Source: Eledone cirrhosa
Taxonomy: Eukaryota
Direction of reading: 5' to 3'
Assembly (NCBI GenBank): GCA_964016885.1
Contig: CAXHJY010000096.1
Span: 1,178,001 to 1,242,000 of the forward strand
Length of the DNA stretch: 64,000 bases
Each line of letters opens with the position of its first letter. Within the stretch, counting starts at the first letter, position 1. The notes beneath the pieces are model-generated. The model made no database searches and was not told where the DNA came from. It saw only the letters and a list, made by a program, of their open reading frames with translations. Below are positions 13,901-26,000 of this stretch, piece by piece. A program made the translations under genes and the position numbers.

Positions 13901-14050
13901 AGGGGGAGATAATTTGTAAAAAAAAATCAGGGGTAGATAATTTGTAAAAAAAAATCAGGGGGAGATAATTTGTAAAAAAAAATCAGGGGGAGATAATTTG
14001 TAAAAAAAATCAAGGGGAGATAATTTCCAGCCGTCCAAGGAGAGATAATT
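1597..14050 (+). repeat. Higher-order tandem duplication, period 5,956-5,958 bp (~2.1 copies: 1597-7552, 7553-13510, partial 13511-14050)
   Basis: The ORF track repeats at a fixed offset (2412->8369, 4852->10809, 6404->12361, 7335->13293). Rare variants are shared between copies (GTAAAGAAATC ~2887/8844; AAGGGGTGAT ~3234/9191). Confidence 0.95.
2521..2545 (+). repeat. Example type-B monomer CCAAGGGGAGATAATTTCCAGCCGT (25 bp)
   Basis: Read directly, with an exact repeat at 2546-2570. Long B-blocks occur at ~2495-2870, ~14466-14870 and ~17349-17670. Confidence 0.98.
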
Positions 14051-17000
14051 TTAAAAAAAATCAGGCGGAGATAATTTGTAAAAAAAAATTAGGGTGAGAT
14101 AATTTGTAAAAAAAAATCAGGGGGAGATAATTTGTAAAAAAAATCAAGGGGAGATAATTTCCAGCCGTCCAAGGGGAGATAATTTTCAGCCGTCCAAGGG
14201 GAGATAATTTCCCGCCAGCCAAGGGAAGATAATATTCAAAAAAATCAGGCGGAGATAATTTGTAAAAAAAATCAGGGGGAGATAATTTGTAAAAAAATCA
14301 GGGGGAGATAATTTGTAAAAAAAAAAATCAGGGGGAGATAATTTTTAAAAAAAATCAGGGGGAGATAATTTGTAAAAAAAAATCAGGGGTAGATAATTTG
14401 TAAAAAAAAATCAGGGGGAGATAATTTGTAAAAAAAAATCAGGGGGAGATAATTTGTAAAAAAAATGAAAGGGGAGATAATATCCAGCCGTCCAAGGGGA
14501 GATAATTTCCAGCCGTCCAAGGGGAGATAATTTCCAGCCGTCCAAGGGGAGATAATTTCCATCCTTCCAAGGGGATATAATTTCCAGCCGTCCAAGGGGA
14601 GATAATTTCCATCCTTCCAAGGGGATATAATTTCCAGCCGTCCAAGGGGAGATAATTTTCAGCCGTCCAAGGAGAGGTAATTTCTAGCCGTCCAAGGAGA
14701 GATAATTTCCAGCCGTCCAAGGGGAGATAATTTCCAGCCGTCCAAGGGGAGATAATTTCCAGCCGTCCAAGGAGACATATTTTCCAGCCGTCCAAGGAGA
14801 GGTAATTCCTAGCCGTCCAAGGGGAGATAAATTCCAGCCTCCAAGGGGAGATAATTTCCAGCCAGCCAAGGGGAGATAATTTGTAAAAAAAATCAGGGGG
14901 AGATAATTTGTAAAAAAAATCAGGGGGAGATAATTTGTAAAAAAAAATCAGGGGGAGATAATTTGTAAAAAATAATCAGGGGGAGATAATTTGTAAAAAA
15001 AATCAAGGGGAGATAATTTCCAGCCGTCCAAGGGGAGATAATTTTCAGCCGTCCAAGGGGAGATAATTTCCCGCCAGCCAAGGGAAGATAATATTTAAAA
15101 AAATTAGGCGGAGATAATTTGTAAAAAAAATCAGGGGGAGATAATTTGTAAAAAAATCAGGGGGAGATAATTTGTAAAAAAAATCAGGGGGAGATAATTT
15201 GTAAAAAAAATCAGGGGGAGATAATTTGTAAAAAAAAATCAGGGGGAGATAATTTGTAAAAAAAATCAAGGGGAGATAATTTCCAGCCGTCCAAGGGAAG
15301 ATAATTTCCAGCCCTCCAAGGGGCTATAATTTCCAGCGTCCAAGGGGAGATAATTTCCAGCCAGCGAAGGGGAGATAATTTTTTTTAAAAAATCATTGGG
15401 AGATTTGTAAAAAAAATCAGGGGGAGATAATTTGTAAAAAAAATCAAGGGGAGATAATTTCCAGCCGTCCAAGGGGAGGTAATATCTAGCCGTCCAAGGG
15501 GAGATAATTTCCAGCCGTCCAAGGGGAGATAATTTCCAGCCGTCCAAGGGTAGATAATATCCAGCCGTCCAAGGACATATTTTCCAGCCGTCCAAGGAGA
15601 GGTAATTTCTAGCCGTCCAAGGGGAGATAAATTCCAGCCTCCAAGGTGAGATAATTTCCAGCCAGCCAAGGGGAGATAATTTGTAAAAAAATCAGGGATA
15701 GATAATTTGTAAAAAAAATCAGGGGGAGATAATTTGTAAAAAAAAATCAGGGGGAGATAATTTGTAAAAAAAATCAGGGGGAGATAATTTGTAAAAAAAA
15801 ATCAGGGGGAGATAATTTGTAAAAAAAATCAAGGGGAGATAATTTCCAGCCGTCCAAGGGGAGATAATTTCCCGCCAGCCAAGGGAAGATAATATTTAAA
15901 AAAATCAGGCGGAGATAATTTGTAAAAAAAATCAGGGGGAGATAATTTGTAAAAAAATCAGGGGGAGATAATTTGTAAAAAAAAAATCAGGGGGAGATAA
16001 TTTGTAAAAAAAATCAGGGGGAGATAATTTGTAAAAAAAAATCAGGGGTAGATAAATTGTAAAAAAAAATCAGGGGGAGATAATTTGTAAAAAAAATCAG
16101 GGGGAGATAATTTGTAAAAAAAATGAAAGGGGAGATAATATCCAGCCGTCCAAGGGGAGATAATTTCCAGCCGTCCAAGGGGAGATAATTTCCAGCCGTC
16201 CAAGGGGAGATAATTTCCATCCTTCCAAGGGGATATAATTTCCAGCCGTCCAAGGGGAGATAATTTCCCGCCAGCCAAGGGAAGATAATTTTTAAAAAAA
16301 TCAGGCGGAGATTGTAAAAAAAATCAGGGGGGAGATAATTTGTAAAAAAATCAGGGGGAGATAATTTGTAAAAAATAATCAGGGGGAGATAATTTGTAAA
16401 AAAAAATCAAGGGGAGATAATTTCCAGCCGTCCAAGGGGAGATAATTTCCCGCCAGCCAAGGGAAGATAATATTTAAAAAAATTAGGCGGAGATAATTTG
16501 TAAAAAAAATCAGGGGGAGATAATTTGTAAAAAAATCAGGGGGAGATAATTTGTAAAAAAAATCAGGGGGAGATAATTTGTAAAAAAAATCATGGGGAGA
16601 TAATTTGTAAAAAAAAATCAGGGGTAGATAATTTGTAAAAAAAAATCAGGGGGAGATAATTTGTAAAAAAAAATCAGGGGGAGATAATTTGTAAAAAAAA
16701 TCAAGGGGAGATAATTTCCAGCCGTCCAAGGGGAGATAATTTTCAGCTGTCCAAGGAGAGGTAATTTCTAGCCGTCCAAGGGGAGATAATTTCCAGCCGT
16801 CCAAGGGGAGGTAATTTCCAGCCGTCCAAGGGGAGATAATTTTAAAAAAAAAATCAGGCGGAGATAATTTGTAAAAAAAATCAAGGGGAGATAATTTGCA
16901 GCCGTCCAAGGGGAGATAATTTTCAGTCGTCCAAGGAGAGGTAATTTCTAGCCGTCCAAGGGGAGATAATTGCCAGCCGTCCAAGGGGAGATAATTTCCA

Positions 17001-20000
17001 GCCGTCCAAGGGGAGATAATTTTTTTTAAAAAATCAGGCGGAGATAATTTGTAAAAAAAATCAGGGGGAGATAATTTGTAAAAAAAATCAGGGTGAGATA
17101 ATTTGTAAAAAAAAATCAGGGGTAGATAATTTGTAAAAAAAAATCAGGGGGAGATAATTTGTAAAAAAAATCAAGGGGAGATAATTTCCAGCCGTCCAAG
17201 GGAAGATAATTTCCAGCCCTCCAAGGGGCTATAATTTCCAGCGTCCAAGGGGAGATAATTTCCAGCCAGCGAAGGGGAGATAATTTTTAAAAAAAAATCA
17301 TTGGGAGATTTGTAAAAAAAATCAGGGGGAGATAATTTGTAAAAAAAATCAAGGGGAGATAATTTCCAGCCGTCCAAGGGGAGGTAATATCTAGCCGTCC
17401 AAGGGTAGATAATTTCCAGCCGTCCAACGGGAGATAATTTCCAGCCGTCCAAGGGTAGATAATATCCAGCCGCCCAAGGACATATTTTCCAGCCGTCCAA
17501 GGAGAGGTAATTTCTAGCCGTCCAAGGGGAGATAATTTCCAGCCGTCCAAGGGTAGATAATATCCAGCCGTCCAAGGACATATTTTCCAGCCGTCCAAGG
17601 AGAGGTAATTTCTAGCCGTCCAAGGGGAGATAAATTCCAGCCTCCAAGGGGAGATAATTTCCAGCCAGCCAAGGGGGAGATAATTTGTAAAAAAATCAGG
17701 GGGAGATAATTTGTAAAAAAAATCAGGGGGAGATAATTTGTAAAAAAAAATCAGGGGGAGATAATTTGTAAAAAAAAATCAGGGGGAGATAATTTGCAAA
17801 AAAAATCAGGGGGAGATAATTTGTAAAAAAAAATCAGGGGTAGATAATTTGTAAAAAAAAATCAGGGGGAGATAATTTGTAAAAAAAAATCAGGGGGAGA
17901 TAATTTGTAAAAAAAATCAAGGGGAGATAATTTCCAGCCGTCCAAGGAGAGATAATTTAAAAAAAAATCAGGCGGAGATAATTTGTAAAAAAAAATCAGG
18001 GGGAGATAATTTGTAAAAAAAAATCAGGGGGAGATAATTTGTAAAAAAAAATCAGGGGGAGATAATTTGTAAAAAAAATCAGGAGGAGATAATTTGTAAA
18101 AAAAATCAAGGGGAGATAATTTCCAGCCGTCCAAGGAGAGATAATTTAAAAAAAAATCAGGCGGAGATAATTTGTAAAAAAAAATCAGGGGGAGATAATT
18201 TGTAAAAAAAATCAGGGGGAGATAATTTGTAAAAAAAATCAAGGGGAGATAATTTCCAGCCGTCCAAGGGGAGATAATTTTCAGCCGTCCAAGGGGAGAT
18301 AATTTCCCGCCAGCCAAGGGAAGATAATATTCAAAAAAATCAGGCGGAGATAATTTGTAAAAAAAATCAGGGGGAGATAATTTGTAAAAAAATCAGGGGG
18401 AGATAATTTGTAAAAAAAAAAATCAGGGGGAGATAATTTTTAAAAAAAATCAGGGGGAGATAATTTGTAAAAAAAAATCAGGGGTAGATAATTTGTAAAA
18501 AAAAATCAGGGGGAGATAATTTGTAAAAAAAAATCAGGGGGAGATAACTTGTAAAAAAAATGAAAGGGGAGATAATATCCAGCCGTCCAAGGGGAGATAA
18601 TTTCCAGCCGTCCAAGGGGAGATAATTTCCAGCCGTCCAAGGGGAGATAATTTCCATCCTTCCAAGGGGATATAATTTCCAGCCGTCCAAGGGGAGATAA
18701 TTTCCATCCTTCCAAGGGGATATAATTTCCAGCCGTCCAAGGGGAGATAATTTTCAGCCGTCCAAGGAGAGGTAATTTCTAGCCGTCCAAGGAGAGATAA
18801 TTTCCAGCCGTCCAAGGGGAGATAATTTCCAGCCGTCCAAGGGGAGATAATTTCCAGCCGTCCAAGGAGACATATTTTCCAGCCGTCCAAGGAGAGGTAA
18901 TTCCTAGCCGTCCAAGGGGAGATAAATTCCAGCCTCCAAGGGGAGATAATTTCCAGCCAGCCAAGGGGAGATAATTTGTAAAAAAAATCAGGGGGAGATA
19001 ATTTGTAAAAAAAATCAGGGGGAGATAATTTGTAAAAAAAAATCAGGGGGAGATAATTTGTAAAAAATAATCAGGGGGAGATAATTTGTAAAAAAAATCA
19101 AGGGGAGATAATTTCCAGCCGTCCAAGGGGAGATAATTTTCAGCCGTCCAAGGGGAGATAATTTCCCGCCAGCCAAGGGAAGATAATATTTAAAAAAATT
19201 AGGCGGAGATAATTTGTAAAAAAAATCAGGGGGAGATAATTTGTAAAAAAATCAGGGGGAGATAATTTGTAAAAAAAATCAGGGGGAGATAATTTGTAAA
19301 AAAAATCAGGGGGAGATAATTTGTAAAAAAAAATCAGGGGGAGATAATTTGTAAAAAAATCAAGGGGAGATAATTTCCAGCCGTCCAAGGGAAGATAATT
19401 TCCAGCCCTCCAAGGGGCTATAATTTCCAGCGTCCAAGGGGAGATAATTTCCAGCCAGCGAAGGGGAGATAATTTTTTTTAAAAAATCATTGGGAGATTT
19501 GTAAAAAAAATCAGGGGGAGATAATTTGTAAAAAAAATCAAGGGGAGATAATTTCCAGCCGTCCAAGGGGAGGTAATATCTAGCCGTCCAAGGGGAGATA
19601 ATTTCCAGCCGTCCAAGGGGAGATAATTTCCAGCCGTCCAAGGGTAGATAATATCCAGCCGTCCAAGGACATATTTTCCAGCCGTCCAAGGAGAGGTAAT
19701 TTCTAGCCGTCCAAGGGGAGATAAATTCCAGCCTCCAAGGTGAGATAATTTCCAGCCAGCCAAGGGGAGATAATTTGTAAAAAAATCAGGGGGAGATAAT
19801 TTGTAAAAAAAATCAGGGGGAGATAATTTGTAAAAAAAAATCAGGGGGAGATAATTTGTAAAAAAAATCAGGGGGAGATAATTTGTAAAAAAAAATCAGG
19901 GGGAGATAATTTGTAAAAAAAATCAAGGGGAGATAATTTGTAAAAAAAAATCAGGGGGAGATAATTTGTAAAAAAAATCAGGGGGAGATAATTTGTAAAA

Positions 20001-23000
20001 AAAATCAGGGGGAGATAATTTGTAAAAAAAAATCAGGGGTAGATAAATTGTAAAAAAAAATCAGGGGGAGATAATTTGTAAAAAAAATCAGGGGGAGATA
20101 ATTTGTAAAAAAAATGAAAGGGGAGATAATATCCAGCCGTCCAAGGGGAGATAATTTCCAGCCTTCCAAGGGGAGATAATTTCCAGCCGTCCAAGGGGAG
20201 ATAATTTCCATCCTTCCAAGGGGATATAATTTCCAGCCGTCCAAGGGGAGATAATTTCCCGCCAGCCAAGGGAAGATAATTTTTAAAAAAATCAGGCGGA
20301 GATTGTAAAAAAAATCAGGGGGGAGATAATTTGTAAAAAAATCAGGGGGAGATAATTTGTAAAAAAAAATCAGGGGGAGATAATTTGTAAAAAATAATCA
20401 GGGGGAGATAATTTGTAAAAAAAAATCAAGGGGAGATAATTTCCAGCCGTCCAAGGGGAGATAATTTCCCGCCAGCCAAGGGAAGATAATATTTAAAAAA
20501 ATTAGGCGGAGATAATTTGTAAAAAAAATCAGGGGGAGATAATTTGTAAAAAAATCAGGGGGAGATAATTTGTAAAAAAAATCAGGGGGAGATAATTTGT
20601 AAAAAAAATCATGGGGAGATAATTTGTAAAAAAAAATCAGGGGTAGATAATTTGTAAAAAAAAATCAGGGGGAGATAATTTGTAAAAAAAAATCAGGGGG
20701 AGATAATTTGTAAAAAAAATCAAGGGGAGATAATTTCCAGCCGTCCAAGGGGAGATAATTTTCAGCTGTCCAAGGAGAGGTAATTTCTAGCCGTCCAAGG
20801 GGAGATAATTTCCAGCCGTCCAAGGGGAGGTAATTTCCAGCCGTCCAAGGGGAGATAATTTTAAAAAAAAAATCAGGCGGAGATAATTTGTAAAAAAAAT
20901 CAAGGGGAGATAATTTGCAGCCGTCCAAGGGGAGATAATTTTCAGTCGTCCAAGGAGAGGTAATTTCTAGCCGTCCAAGGGGAGATAATTGCCAGCCGTT
21001 CAAGGGGAGATAATTTCCAGCCGTCCAAGGGGAGATAATTTTTTTTAAAAAATCAGGCGGAGATAATTTGTAAAAAAAATCAGGGGGAGATAATTTGTAA
21101 ACAAAATCAGGGGGAGATAATTTGTAAAAAAAAATCAGGGGGAGATAATTTGTAAAAAAAATCATGGAGAGATAATTTCCAGCCGTCCAAGGTGAGATAA
21201 TTTCCAGCCGTCCAAGGGGAGATAAATTCCAGCCTCCAAGGGGAGATAATTTCCAGCCAGCCAAGTGGAGATAATTTGTAAAAAAATCAGGGGGAGATAA
21301 TTTGTAAAAAATATCGGAGATAATTTGTAAAAAAAAATCAGGGGGAGATAATTTGTAAAAAAAATCAGGGGGAGATAATTTGTAAAAAAAATCAGGGGGA
21401 GATAATTTGTAAAAAAAATCAAGGGGAGATAATTTCCAGCCGTCCAAGGGGAGATAATTTTCAGCCGTCCAAGGGGAGATAATTTCCCGCCAGCCATGGG
21501 AAGATAATATTTAAAAAAATCAGGCGGAGATAATTTGTAAAAAAAATCAGGGGGAGATAATTTGTAAAAAAATCAGGGGGAGATAATTTGTAAAAAAAAA
21601 ATCAGGGGGAGATAATTTGTAAAAAAAATCAGGGGGAGATAATTTGTAAAAAAAAATCAGGGGTAGATAATTTGTAAAAAAAAATCAGGGGGAGATAATT
21701 TGTAAAAAAAAATCAGGGGGAGATAATTTGTAAAAAAATGAAAGGGGAGATAATATCCAGCCGTCCAAGGGGAGATAATTTCCAGCCGTCCAAGGGGATA
21801 TAATTTCCAGCCGTCCAAGGGGAGATAATTTCCATCCTTCCAAGGGGATATAATTTCCAGCCGTCCAAGGGGAGATAATTTCCCGCCAGCCAAGGGAAGA
21901 TAATTTTTAAAAAAATCAGGCGGAGATTGTAAAAAAAATCAGGGGGGAGATAATTTGTAAAAAAATCAGGAGGAGATAATTTGTAAAAAATAATCAGGGG
22001 GAGATAATTTGTAAAAAAATTCAAGGGGAGATAATTTCCAGCCGTCCAAGGGGAGATAATTTCCCGCCAGCCAAGGGAAGATAATATTTAAAAAAATTAG
22101 GCGGAGATAATTTGTAAAAAAAATCAGGGGGAGATAATTTGTAAAAAAATCAGGGGGAGATAATTTGTAAAAAAAATCAGGGGGAGATAATTTGTAAAAA
22201 AAATCATGGGGAGATAATTTGTAAAAAAAAATCAGGGGTAGATAATTTGTAAAAAAAAATCAGGGGGAGATAATTTGTAAAAAAAAATCAGGGGGAGATA
22301 ATTTGTAAAAAAAATCAAGGGGAGATAATATCCAGCCGTCCAAGGAGAGATAATTTTAAAAAAAAATGAGGCGGAGATAATTTGTAAAAAAAAAATCAGG
22401 GGGAGTTAATTTGTAAAAAAAAATGAGGGGGAGATAATTTGTAAAAAAAATCAAGGGGAGATAATTTCCAGCCGTCCAAGGGGAGATAATTTTCAGCCGT
22501 CCAAGGAGAGGTAATTTCTAGCCGTCCAAGGGGAGATAATTTCCAGCCGTCCAAGGGGAGGTAATTTCCAGCCGTCCAAGGGGAGATAAATTAAAAAAAA
22601 AATCAGGCGGAGATAATTTGTAAAAAAAATCAAGGGGAGATAATTTGCAGCCGTCCAATGGGAGATAATTTTCAGTCGTCCAAGGAGAGGTAATTTCTAG
22701 CCGTCCAAGGGGAGATAATTTCCAGCCGTCCAAGGGGAGATAATTTCCAGCCGTCCAAGGGGAGATAATTTTTTTTTAAAAATCAGGCGGAGATAATTTG
22801 TAAAAAAAATCAGGGGGAGATAATTTGTAAACAAAATCAGGGGGAGATAATTTGTAAAAAAAAATCAAGGGGAGATAATTTGTAAAAAAAATTAGGCGTA
22901 GATAATTTGTAAAAAAAAATCAGGGGGAGATAATTTGTAAAAAAAAATCAGGGGGAGATAATTTGTTTAAAAAATCAAGGGGAGATAATTTGCAGCCGTC

Positions 23001-26000
23001 CAAGGGGAGATAATTTTCAGCCGTCCAAGGAGAGGTAATTTCTAGCCGTTCAAGGGGAGATAATTTCCAGCCGTCCAAGGGGAGATAATTTCCAGCCGTC
23101 CAAGGGGAGATAATTTTTTTTAAAAAATCAGGCGGAGATAATTTGTAAAAAAAAATCAGGGGGAGATAATTCGTAAAAAAAAATCAGGGGGAGATAATTT
23201 GTAAAAAAAAATCAGGGGGAGATAATTTGTAAAAAAAATCAAGGGGAGATAATTTCCAGCCGTCCAAGGGGAGGTAATATCTAGCCGTCCAAGGGGAGAT
23301 AATTTCCAGCCGTCCAAGGGGAGATAATTTCCAGCCGTCCAAGGGGAGATAATTTCCAGCCGTCCAAGGAGACATATTTTCCAGCCGTCCAAGGCGAGGT
23401 AATTTCTAGCCGTCCAAGGGGAGATAAATTCCAGCCTCCAAGGGGAGATAATTTCCAGCCAGCCAAGGGGAGATAATTTGTAAAAAAATCAGGGGGAGAT
23501 AATTTGTAAAAAATATCAGGGAGATAATTTGTAAAAAAAAATCAGGGGGAGATAATTTGTAAAAAAAATCAGGGGGAGATAATTTGTAAAAAAAAATCAG
23601 GGGGAGATAATTTGTAAAAAAAATCAAGGGGAGATAATTTCCAGCCGTCCAAGGGGAGATAATTTTCAGCCGTCCAAGGAGAGGTAATTTCTAGCCGTCC
23701 GAGGAGAGATAATTTCCAGCCGTCCAAGGGGAGATAATTTCCAGCCGTCCAAGGGGAGATAATTTCCAGCCGTCCAAGGAGACATATTTTCCAGCCGTCC
23801 AAGGAGAGGTAATTTCTAGCCGTCCAAGGGGAGATAAATTCCAGCCTCCAAGGGGAGATAATTTCCAGCCAGCCAAGGGGAGATAATTTGTAAAAAAATC
23901 AGGGGGAGATAATTTGCAAAAAAAATCAGGGGGAGATAATTTGTAAAAAAATCAGGGGGAGATAATTTGTAAAAAATAATCAGGGGGAGATAATTTCCAG
24001 CCGTCGAAGGGGAGATAATTTTTAAAAAAATCAGGCGGAGATAATTTGTAAAAAAAAATCAGGGGGAGATAATTTGTAAAAAAAAATCAGGGGGAGATAA
24101 TTTGTAAAATAAATCAAGGGGAGATAATTTCCAGCCGTCCAAGGGGAGATAATTTTCAGCCGTCCAAGGGGAGATAATTTCCCGCCAGCCAAGGGAAGAT
24201 AATATTTAAAAAAATCAGGCGGAGATAATTTGTAAAAAAAATCAGGGGGAGATAATTTGTAAAAAAATCAGGGGGAGATAATTTGTAAAAAAAAATCAGG
24301 GGGCGATAATTTGTAAAAAAAATCAGGGGGAGATAATTTGTAAAAAAAAATCAGGGGGAGATAATTTGTAAAAAAAAATCAGGGGGCGATAATTTGTAAA
24401 AAAAATCAGGGGGAGATAATTTTTTTTTCAAAATCATTGGGAGATTTGTAAAAAAAATCAGGGGGAGATAATTTGTAAAAAAAATCAAGGGGAGATAATT
24501 TCCAGCCGTCCAAGGGGAGGTAATATCTAGCCGTCCAAGGGGAGATAATTTCCAGCCGTCCAAGGGTAGATAATATCCAGCCGTCCAAGGACATATTTTC
24601 CAGCCGTCCAAGGAGAGGTAATTTCTAGCCGTCCAAGGGGAGATAAATTCCAGCCTCCAAGGTGAGATAATTTCCAGCCAGCCAAGGGGAGATAATTTGT
24701 AAAAAAATCAGGGGGAGATAATTTGTAAAAAAAATCAGGGGGAGATAATTTGTAAAAAAAAATCAGGGGGAGATAATTTGTAAAAAAAATCAGGGGGAGA
24801 TAATTTGTAAAAAAAAATCAGGGGGAGATAATTTGTAAAAAAAATCAAGGGGAGATAATTTGTAAAAAAAAATCAGGGGGAGATAATTTGTAAAAAAAAT
24901 CAGGGGGAGATAATTTGTAAAAAAAATCAGGGGGAGATAATTTGTAAAAAAAAATCAGGGGTAGATAAATTGTAAAAAAAAATCAGGGGGAGATAATTTG
25001 TAAAAAAAATCAGGGGGAGATAATTTGTAAAAAAAATGAAAGGGGAGATAATATCCAGCCGTCCAAGGGGAGATAATTTCCAGCCGTCCAAGGGGAGATA
25101 ATTTCCAGCCGTCCAAGGGGAGATAATTTCCATCCTTCCAAGGGGATATAATTTCCAGCCGTCCAAGGGGAGATAATTTCCCGCCAGCCAAGGGAAGATA
25201 ATTTTTAAAAAAATCAGGCGGAGATTGTAAAAAAAATCAGGGGGGAGATAATTTGTAAAAAAATCAGGGGGAGATAATTTGTAAAAAAAAATCAGGGGGA
25301 GATAATTTGTAAAAAATAATCAGGGGGAGATTATTTGTAAAAAAAAATCAAGGGGAGATAATTTCCAGCCGTCCAAGGGGAGATAATTTCCCGCCAGCCA
25401 AGGGAAGATAATATTTAAAAAAATTAGGCGGAGATAATTTGTAAAAAAAATCAGGGGGAGATAATTTGTAAAAAAATCAGGGGGAGAAAATTTGTAAAAA
25501 AAATCAGGGGGAGATAATTTGTAAAAAAAATCATGGGGAGATAATTTGTAAAAAAAAATCAGGGGTAGATAATTTGTAAAAAAAAATCAGGGGGAGATAA
25601 TTTGTAAAAAAAAATCAGGGGGAGATAATTTGTAAAAAAAATCAAGGGGAGATAATTTCCAGCCGTCCAAGGGGAGATAATTTTCAGCTGTCCAAGGAGA
25701 GGTAATTTCTAGCCGTCCAAGGGGAGATAATTTCCAGCCGTCCAAGGGGAGGTAATTTCCAGCCGTCCAAGGGGAGATAATTTTAAAAAAAAAATCAGGC
25801 GGAGATAATTTGTAAAAAAAATCAAGGGGAGATAATTTGCAGCCGTCCAAGGGGAGATAATTTTCAGTCGTCCAAGGAGAGGTAATTTCTAGCCGTCCAA
25901 GGGGAGATAATTGCCAGCCGTCCAAGGGGAGATAATTTCCAGCCGTCCAAGGGGAGATAATTTTTTTTAAAAAATCAGGCGGAGATAATTTGTAAAAAAA

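Noticed and set aside
20665-21447. Longest ORF (260 aa; also 37197-37979 and 56006-56788) as a repeat protein
   Set aside because: It is a chance run of in-frame monomers. Its three copies are explained by the 16.5 and 18.8 kb duplications, and older homologous segments are broken into shorter ORFs.
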